DNA from: Candidatus Hermodarchaeota archaeon
GTDB lineage: Archaea; Asgardarchaeota; Lokiarchaeia; Sigyniarchaeales; SOKP01
Reading direction: 5' to 3'
Assembly (NCBI GenBank): GCA_048885535.1
Contig: JBHLLO010000064.1
Coordinates: forward strand, 1-17,695
Length of the DNA: 17,695 nt
Shown: piece by piece, positions 9,004-15,621 of the stretch
Numbering within the stretch: position 1 is the first letter of the stretch
How the letters are laid out: every line of letters starts with the position of its first letter
Notes under the pieces: generated by a model
Seen by the model: only the letters and a program-made list of their open reading frames with translations
What the model was told of the DNA's origin: nothing
The model's database searches: none
Program-made: the position numbers and the translations under genes

Positions 9004-10301
9004 CTATTATTGATTCTAAATCTAAGTTTCTTGAAAAAAGAACCAAAATATTAACTGGTAATCATGCTGCTGCTCACGCAATTAGACAAGCAAAAGTAGG
9101 TGTAGTTTCAGCATATCCAATTACACCTCAAAGTCCTGTAGTAGAAAAAATAGCTGAATTTATAGCAAAAGGAAAATTGGATGCTAAATTTGTTAAGGTA
9201 GAATCAGAACATTCGGCATTGGCAGTATGTTGTGCTGCTTCTGCAACAGGATCAAGAGTAGCTACAGCAACATCCGCTCATGGTTTAGAATTGATGTATG
9301 AAATGCTTCCGTGGGCAGCAGGAAATCGGTTACCTATAATAATAAACCTTGCTACTAGATCCCTCGGGGCTCCATGGAGTGTTTGGACAGATCATTCAGA
9401 TTTCATAACAATAAGGGACGTAGGTTGGATTCAATTTATGTGTGAAGATAATCAAGAAATATATGATACAAACATTCAAGCCTTTAAAATTGCTGAAGAT
9501 CCTCGATTATATTTACCAGCGATCATCGCTTATGATGGATATATATTAAGTCATACGATGATGCCTGTGATCTTAGAAAATCAACAAGACATAGATAACT
9601 TTTTGCCTCCCCTTATACATCATATTAATTTATCGGATTTTTCCATAGTAAAAGGAGTTGATCCTGTTACCACTCCTGACATAAGGAATAGAGGAGAGGA
9701 AGGAACAGCTCCTGCGTATTATGAATACCGTTATGCTTTACAAAAGGCTCTTGAAAATTCAATTGAGGTTATACAACAAGTTCATGATGATTTTGCACAC
9801 AAATTTGGTAGATCCTACGGAAATGGTTTATTCAAAACCGAGCAAGTAGAGGATGCTGATATTATCATCTTTGCGATGGGATCAGTTGCTTCTCAATCCA
9901 AAATTGTAATAAAAAAACTTAGAGAACAAGGATTAAAAGTAGGATTAGTTAGTTTAAGATTATTCAGACCTTACCCTGCAATATATTTAAGAGAACTATT
10001 GAAAGATAAAGGAATTATTGTTGTATTTGATAGAGATATTGGATACGGCTATGAAGGAGTATTATGTTATGAACTCAAATCTGCTCTATACGGCTTAAAG
10101 AATCCCCCTTTCATTAAAGGTTTTATTGTTGGTTTAGGTGGAAGAGATGTAAAAAATGAACATTTAATTGATGGTGTCAATAGAGCATTAAAGCAAGCTA
10201 AAACTGGAGAGATTTCTTTTGCTACAGAATTTCTAGGTTTGAAATTAGATCAGATCAAGAATTATGATGAATCAACGTTCTTTAACGAGGTGAAAAAGTA
10301 A
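9000..10301 (+). CDS. porA: 2-oxoacid (pyruvate-type):ferredoxin oxidoreductase alpha subunit
   Basis: GNHAAA, AYPITPQS, VESEHSA, TATSAHGL, TRSLGAPWSVWTDHSD, DGYILSH, LFRPYP and GLGGRD motifs. Confidence 0.95.
   Translation: MTIIDSKSKFLEKRTKILTGNHAAAHAIRQAKVGVVSAYPITPQSPVVEKIAEFIAKGKLDAKFVKVESEHSALAVCCAASATGSRVATATSAHGLELMYEMLPWAAGNRLPIIINLATRSLGAPWSVWTDHSDFITIRDVGWIQFMCEDNQEIYDTNIQAFKIAEDPRLYLPAIIAYDGYILSHTMMPVILENQQDIDNFLPPLIHHINLSDFSIVKGVDPVTTPDIRNRGEEGTAPAYYEYRYALQKALENSIEVIQQVHDDFAHKFGRSYGNGLFKTEQVEDADIIIFAMGSVASQSKIVIKKLREQGLKVGLVSLRLFRPYPAIYLRELLKDKGIIVVFDRDIGYGYEGVLCYELKSALYGLKNPPFIKGFIVGLGGRDVKNEHLIDGVNRALKQAKTGEISFATEFLGLKLDQIKNYDESTFFNEVKK
10287..10293 (+). promoter_or_regulatory. 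Shine-Dalgarno site for the beta subunit
   Basis: GAGGTGA ending 7 nt upstream of the ATG at 10301, with a TAATG stop/start overlap. Confidence 0.75.
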
Positions 10302-11200
10302 TGGTAAAAGTAATGGATATTCCAGAAGATGAATTCATTTATCCAGGTACTAGAGCCTGTGCAGGCTGTTCAATGGCTTTGATATATAGAATCGCGTTAA
10401 AAGCTTTAGGCCCAAATACAATTATCACTGTGCCTGCATCATGTTTAACAGTATTACATGGAATGCAGGGTTTCTGTACAACTAAAGTGTCTGTTTATCA
10501 TACTCCATTTGCTACTACGGGGGCTGCTGCTTCAGGTATTGTCGCCTCTTTAGAAGATAAAAATTTAGCTGAAGATGTTAATGTTGTAGCTTTTGCAGGA
10601 GATGGAGGTACCGTTGATATAGGGATACAAGCTCTTAGTGGAGCAGTTGAGAGAGGAACAAACTTTATTTATGCTTGCTATGATAATGAAGCTTATATGA
10701 ATACAGGTGTTCAACGTAGTGGTTCAACTCCACTTGGTGTTCGAACAACTACAACTCCTGAAGGCAAGTTTGGACACAAAAAGAATATGGCTAAAATTTT
10801 AGAGGCACATGGAATCCCTTATGTTGCTACAGCAATTTCTTCTTATCCACTTGACTTATTTGAAAAATTTCAAAAAGCTAAAGGCATATATGGACCAAAG
10901 TATATCCATATTTTAGCCCCTTGTCCCCCAGGCTGGAATTATGATCCCAAAAATTCAATTGAACTAGGTAGATTAGCAGTACAAACAGGTTTCTGGCCTT
11001 TATATGAAGTTATCGAAGGAAAATTCATGTTATCAAAGGACAGTCAAAGATATTTAGATCCATCTAAAAGAAAACCTATAGAAGAATATTTAAATGCTCA
11101 AAAAAGGTTTAAAAATCTCTCTGAGGACAATATTAATAGCTATAAAAGCTACATCAATGATTTATGGACTGAAATTAACCAAAGAATAGAACATAAATAG
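10301..11200 (+). CDS. porB: 2-oxoacid:ferredoxin oxidoreductase beta subunit (TPP- and [4Fe-4S]-binding)
   Basis: CAGC, ASC and APCP cysteines, and the TPP motif GDGGTVDIG...YDNEAYMNTGVQRS. Confidence 0.95.
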   Translation: MVKVMDIPEDEFIYPGTRACAGCSMALIYRIALKALGPNTIITVPASCLTVLHGMQGFCTTKVSVYHTPFATTGAAASGIVASLEDKNLAEDVNVVAFAGDGGTVDIGIQALSGAVERGTNFIYACYDNEAYMNTGVQRSGSTPLGVRTTTTPEGKFGHKKNMAKILEAHGIPYVATAISSYPLDLFEKFQKAKGIYGPKYIHILAPCPPGWNYDPKNSIELGRLAVQTGFWPLYEVIEGKFMLSKDSQRYLDPSKRKPIEEYLNAQKRFKNLSEDNINSYKSYINDLWTEINQRIEHK

Positions 11201-11318
11201 TTGAAAATAAAAAGATTAAAAAATTTTTCTTTTAACTTTATTGCTTATTATCACAACATTTTCAAAAATAATTCCATAAAAATTAAAGATATTAATATTT
11301 AAGATTAATTGATAATTC

Positions 11319-12104
11319 ATGCTGAGAACGTTTATTTACAACGAAATTAAAAATAATTGGATTGAAGAAGATGAATATCTTTTTTTTCATGATCTATGTG
11401 CTTTTTTAGATGAAGACAATAAAATAATTTATCTTTGGAAAGGACCAAAAAGCACTAAAAAAAGATATAGAAAGGCTTATCATTCTTTAGATGAATTAAT
11501 TTCCAAAAATAAAGAAATAAAAATTCAGATTAATGTTTTAGCTAAATATATTCCACATTCCATTAAAGAAAAACTTGATAAAATGTTACTTGCAGCTAAA
11601 AGTCAAGAAGAGAAAGGAAGATTAAAATTTTCAAAATTTATAACAATAAGATTATTTTTAGCTTTCTCATATTTATCAATTATATTTTCTACAGTATCGT
11701 GTTTATTCTTAACTAGTTGCTTATTTTGGTCTAGAGTAGGTGATAATTACATAACTTCCTCATTAATGTACCATAGTTGGCTGTTTTACCAACAAATGTT
11801 TATATTAATCACTTTAATCATGTTTGTTTTAAATACTATAATTGGTTTATACGAAATGGAACCACAAGTCATTGTTTTTTCTTTAATAGGATTAATTATT
11901 TGTAGTGGAATTTTTATTTATTTACAACAAGGGATCTTTTTATTTCTTTTTCAAGATGGATCATCATCAACCTTGTATATAATTAAAATTAATGATATCA
12001 TTTCCTTCTGTATTACTCTCTTATCTGCTATCGCTTTTTTTGCCCTACTTAATCTTTTCAAATTAATTTCATTCTTAAGAACCTATAGAAAGTATATATT
12101 GTAG
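11319..12104 (+). CDS. Hypothetical membrane protein with a gelsolin/villin-like N-terminal domain and about 4 C-terminal TM helices
   Basis: aa 25-53 DLCAFLDEDNKIIYLWKGPKSTKKRYRKA resembles the gelsolin-repeat pattern D-x-h-h-h-D-x(3-5)-I-Y-h-W-x-G-x-x-S/A-x(7)-A. Four long hydrophobic segments follow aa ~108. Confidence 0.55.
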   Translation: MLRTFIYNEIKNNWIEEDEYLFFHDLCAFLDEDNKIIYLWKGPKSTKKRYRKAYHSLDELISKNKEIKIQINVLAKYIPHSIKEKLDKMLLAAKSQEEKGRLKFSKFITIRLFLAFSYLSIIFSTVSCLFLTSCLFWSRVGDNYITSSLMYHSWLFYQQMFILITLIMFVLNTIIGLYEMEPQVIVFSLIGLIICSGIFIYLQQGIFLFLFQDGSSSTLYIIKINDIISFCITLLSAIAFFALLNLFKLISFLRTYRKYIL

Positions 12105-12239
12105 TTCTAAACATCTAGTTCATTTAGAATCCTATATTTCCATGAACTTGCAGAAAAATGGAGTAAGAATTTATTAAGAGTTATAAAAAAGCTTAAATTA
12201 TTTTACAATGTTATAAATAAAAAAATTCAAAAGAATAGT

Positions 12240-13121
12240 ATGGCTGAAGCTGCAAAAATTCTACCTAAGCTAGAAAAGGAAGACATTAGGATATTAATGG
12301 CAATTGAAATTGGAATGAAAAGATCCGAGTATGTTAAAGTCAATGACATTAGGTTTTATGCAAGGTATCCTATTGAAGAAACTCTTTTTAGACTAAAGAA
12401 TGTGCATAAGCTTGACTTAATCATTCGTAATTCCTCAGAATATGAAGTTTCATATACTTTGAACTCGATTGGGTATGATTTATTGGCTTTTCATACATTA
12501 GTGGAGAGAAATGTTATTAGCCAATTAGGACCGTTGATTGGAAAAGGAAAAGAATCAGATGTTTATAGTTGTATGGATGATAATAAGGAGATATACGCAT
12601 TAAAAATCTATCGAATGGGCAGGACGAGCTTTAAGAGTATAAAGAAGTTACGAAGTTTTGTAGGAGAAAGAACACATCTTTCATGGTTATACATAAATAG
12701 ATTAGCTGCAAGGAAGGAATTTCAAGCATTAAATAACATTTATAAACTTAAATTAGACACTCCTAAACCAATTGCATTTAACCGTCATGCAATAGTCATG
12801 TCGTACTTAAGAGGGAAGGAATTAGTTTATTTTCAAGACATAAAAAATCCACATAAAATCTTCAATAAACTTATAAAACAGATAAAAATAATATATCTAA
12901 AAGCGAATATGATCCATGGGGATTTAGGGGAATTCAATATCATATTGGATGAAAAGGGGAATATTTTAATTATAGACTGGTTACAATGGGTCAAAAAAGA
13001 GCATCCAAATGCCAAATCTTTACTCGAAAGAGATATCAAAAATGTGTGTAGTTATTTTGAAAAAAAGTTTAGCGTAATAAGCAATCCTGATAAAATACTC
13101 GAAGATTTTTATAAAAAATGA
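12240..13121 (+). CDS. rio2: RIO2-type atypical Ser/Thr kinase (small-subunit ribosome maturation)
   Basis: N-terminal winged-helix region (EDIRILMAIEIGMKRSEYV...GYDLLA), P-loop GKGKESDVY, KIYRMGRTSFK, SWLYINRLAARKEF, catalytic IHGDLGEFNI and IIDWLQ. Confidence 0.95.
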   Translation: MAEAAKILPKLEKEDIRILMAIEIGMKRSEYVKVNDIRFYARYPIEETLFRLKNVHKLDLIIRNSSEYEVSYTLNSIGYDLLAFHTLVERNVISQLGPLIGKGKESDVYSCMDDNKEIYALKIYRMGRTSFKSIKKLRSFVGERTHLSWLYINRLAARKEFQALNNIYKLKLDTPKPIAFNRHAIVMSYLRGKELVYFQDIKNPHKIFNKLIKQIKIIYLKANMIHGDLGEFNIILDEKGNILIIDWLQWVKKEHPNAKSLLERDIKNVCSYFEKKFSVISNPDKILEDFYKK

Positions 13122-13131
13122 TTTAAACTTC

Positions 13132-13731
13132 TTAATTTTTAATTACATTTCCTTGAACAATAAAATCTTCGATGCTCTCCATATCAATTATTCTAAGATT
13201 TGTTATATTTTGCTCTAAAAAAGAAACTAATGACTCCAAATTTAATGTCTTCTTTAATATCGAAAGATAAAAATTAGCCATATGTTTACTTACTTTAATA
13301 ATTTCGATTATACCCTTTTTAAGATTAGGTAAGTTTTGTAATGAAGTAATTGAATAGATTGAATCAATTTTATTTTCTCTAATAGGTAAATTTTCTATAT
13401 CTGCTAAAATTAGATTTAATTTAAGATGTTCACTCGATTTTTTACGTTTTTTAACAAATCTCTTCAACATTTTCGAGGAAATATCAATCCCAATATAATT
13501 CATAAACTTTATTTGATCCTCCTTAAACTGTTTTAAAATAAAATCAAAAAAAAGACCAGAACCACATCCCGCATCCAAGATTATATTATTTACCATTTGA
13601 AAATTACTTAATAATATTTTATATTTCTCTTCTTGGATTTTTTTATATCTGTTGTCATAAAAATCGGAAGTAGAATCATATTTTTCCATTATCTTCTTTT
13701 TCTTATTCGAAATCACTTTAGAACTACGCAA
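13132..13731 (-). CDS. Class I SAM-dependent methyltransferase
   Basis: Motif I ILDAGCGSG, GIDISSKML, ADIENLPIR. The start could be TTG at 13731 or ATG at 13689. Confidence 0.88.
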   Translation of the reverse strand: MRSSKVISNKKKKIMEKYDSTSDFYDNRYKKIQEEKYKILLSNFQMVNNIILDAGCGSGLFFDFILKQFKEDQIKFMNYIGIDISSKMLKRFVKKRKKSSEHLKLNLILADIENLPIRENKIDSIYSITSLQNLPNLKKGIIEIIKVSKHMANFYLSILKKTLNLESLVSFLEQNITNLRIIDMESIEDFIVQGNVIKN

Positions 13732-13846
13732 TTAGCTTTACCTATATAATTGTTATCTATAAAAAGGTTTTAATTGAAAAAAGTTTTTCTTTAAATTATC
13801 TTTTCTATAATTATATTAAATATTTTTTTTAAGCAAAGGTAAAAAC

Positions 13847-14113
13847 ATGTCAAATAAAAATAATAATTCTGTTCCTAAATCTAAAAACCCACTATCTATA
13901 TTAATGGCTTCACAGAATAGCCAGATTCTGTTAAGGTTAAAAGATGGTACGGAATATAGAGGTTTATTGAAAGAAATTGATGCATACATGAATATGATAT
14001 TAGAAGATGCAACTGAAATCATGGATGGTTCTCCTATAGCTAAGTATAATGAAATTTTCATTAGAGGAAATAATTTACTATTTATAAAACCTGATGCGTC
14101 TCAAATAATATAA
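13847..14113 (+). CDS. Sm-like archaeal protein (Lsm/SmAP; resembles the SmAP2 and Lsm6/SmF type)
   Basis: Sm1 motif PLSIL...LRLKDGTEYRGLLKEIDAYMNMILEDATE and Sm2 motif EIFIRGNNLLFI. Confidence 0.95.
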   Translation: MSNKNNNSVPKSKNPLSILMASQNSQILLRLKDGTEYRGLLKEIDAYMNMILEDATEIMDGSPIAKYNEIFIRGNNLLFIKPDASQII

Positions 14114-14126
14114 TAAATCTCAGAAA

Positions 14127-14570
14127 TTGAAAAAAAGTAAATCATCTTCCGATCTTGTTTCCATTATAGGTTATGGTACTTTTATAACTAGAGGAATCTG
14201 GAAAAATAAAAAAAATGTAGAATTATGTATAATTAAAGATTACATTCGTATCTTTCCAGAAGGAAATTCCTTTCCAGTTGTACTTCCCTCCAAAGGTTCA
14301 TCATTTTATGCCTTAAAATTTGATGTCACTCAAGATGAATTAAAAAATTTGGATTTTTATGAAGGTGTTTCCGAAAATTACTTTAAAAGGGAATTTATTC
14401 TTGCGTGTAATACAAATAAGGAACCCTTTAAAGCTTATTTGTATGTACCTACTGAGATTATGATAGAAAAGTATAATTTGTCCATTGAAATGGATAAAAA
14501 TGATAAATGGAAGGAAGAGATAAAAAGGTTTCCAGAAATTTTAAAATTATTTCCAGAATTAGGCACCTAG
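14127..14570 (+). CDS. Gamma-glutamylcyclotransferase / AIG2-like family protein
   Basis: IIGYGTF loop, ELKNLDFYEGV...YFKR and KAYLYV motifs. TTG start 13 nt after the Sm gene stop. Confidence 0.82.
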   Translation: MKKSKSSSDLVSIIGYGTFITRGIWKNKKNVELCIIKDYIRIFPEGNSFPVVLPSKGSSFYALKFDVTQDELKNLDFYEGVSENYFKREFILACNTNKEPFKAYLYVPTEIMIEKYNLSIEMDKNDKWKEEIKRFPEILKLFPELGT

Positions 14571-15473
14571 TTACTCAAAGATCATTGGAATTATATTTTC
14601 ACTTTTTATAATAGCATAAGATCCCGGATTTGGATAAAAATATCCACCATAATTAGCTGAAGAAAAGATTGATAATAATCTTCTTTTGAAAAACCATCGA
14701 TAACCTTCAGGAAAACATTCGTGTGCCCTAATAAGGTATTTTAATTTGTTCTTCTCCATAAACTCCTCAAATGCTTTCTGACCAAATAATTTTATACCTT
14801 TACCTCTATTACTATTTGAGAAGTTAAGGTTCTCCATATCTTTTGGATCATTCCATATTATTTGGAAGATAGCTGATGAAATTTCGCTTAAAACGTTGCT
14901 TTCCAGATCTTTATACTTCTTATTTTTTAGCTTTTCTAATACATCAAAATCTTCTGGAATTCCACCATGTAAACAAAGAATTTGCTTATTTACCAAAGCA
15001 CACAAGGGTAATACACTATAAAGCAATAATACTTCATTAAACCTTGATTTATCATTAAATCTTGAAATAAAATCTTGATAAAATCCATAATATTGATTCA
15101 TTTCTAATGTTTCATGATTTCCTTTTAAAATGTAATATTTATTAGGTTCAATTATTTTTAATGCTAGAACTAATATTAAGCATTCAAGTTGATATGAACC
15201 ACGATCTACAATATCTCCTAAGAAAATTACCCACTTAGGAGTCTTTTTATTTATTATTTCAATCAACTTCAATAAACTCTGTAAATTGCCATGAATATCT
15301 CCAATTACATAGATTTCTTCATCATTGATATCCGAATTAAATTCTAGAATTATATTTTCATCATAAAACAGCATCCTTACGGTTTGAAAAATATTCGAAA
15401 TATCTTCGAACTTTAATTCCGAAATCTTATTTGGATTTTTTATCAAATATTCTAAATCTATTTTTTCAACCAT
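14571..15473 (-). CDS. PPP-family Ser/Thr protein phosphatase (PP1/PP2A-like)
   Basis: GDIHG, GDIVDRG, GNHE, YGF, CLHGG, IWNDP, RG, LIRAHE and SIFSSANY motifs in canonical order. Confidence 0.95.
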   Translation of the reverse strand: MVEKIDLEYLIKNPNKISELKFEDISNIFQTVRMLFYDENIILEFNSDINDEEIYVIGDIHGNLQSLLKLIEIINKKTPKWVIFLGDIVDRGSYQLECLILVLALKIIEPNKYYILKGNHETLEMNQYYGFYQDFISRFNDKSRFNEVLLLYSVLPLCALVNKQILCLHGGIPEDFDVLEKLKNKKYKDLESNVLSEISSAIFQIIWNDPKDMENLNFSNSNRGKGIKLFGQKAFEEFMEKNKLKYLIRAHECFPEGYRWFFKRRLLSIFSSANYGGYFYPNPGSYAIIKSENIIPMIFE

Positions 15474-15621
15474 GTTATTTCTCTGGAAAAAATAATATTT
15501 GCGTATTTTTCTTATATAAATTTTTAAACTTTCTAAATAAAAGTGTTTATAGTTATAATTTAGGAAATTAAATAATTAAAAATATCTACTCAAAATATTT
15601 GAATATAAACAAACAATACCT

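Noticed and set aside
11201-11318. AT-only palindrome (ATATTAATAT) and an imperfect hairpin after porB
   Set aside because: Short or imperfect and expected by chance in such AT-rich intergenic DNA.
12140-12175. ATGAA-CTTGC...AAAAA...GTAAG segment considered as a eukaryote-like SECIS element
   Set aside because: The stem is only ~5 bp, there is no properly placed 3' GA for the kink-turn core, and neighbouring genes have no in-frame TGA to recode.
12833-13039. 68-aa minus-strand ORF
   Set aside because: Antisense shadow of rio2.
13816-14061. 81-aa minus-strand ORF
   Set aside because: Antisense shadow of the Sm gene.
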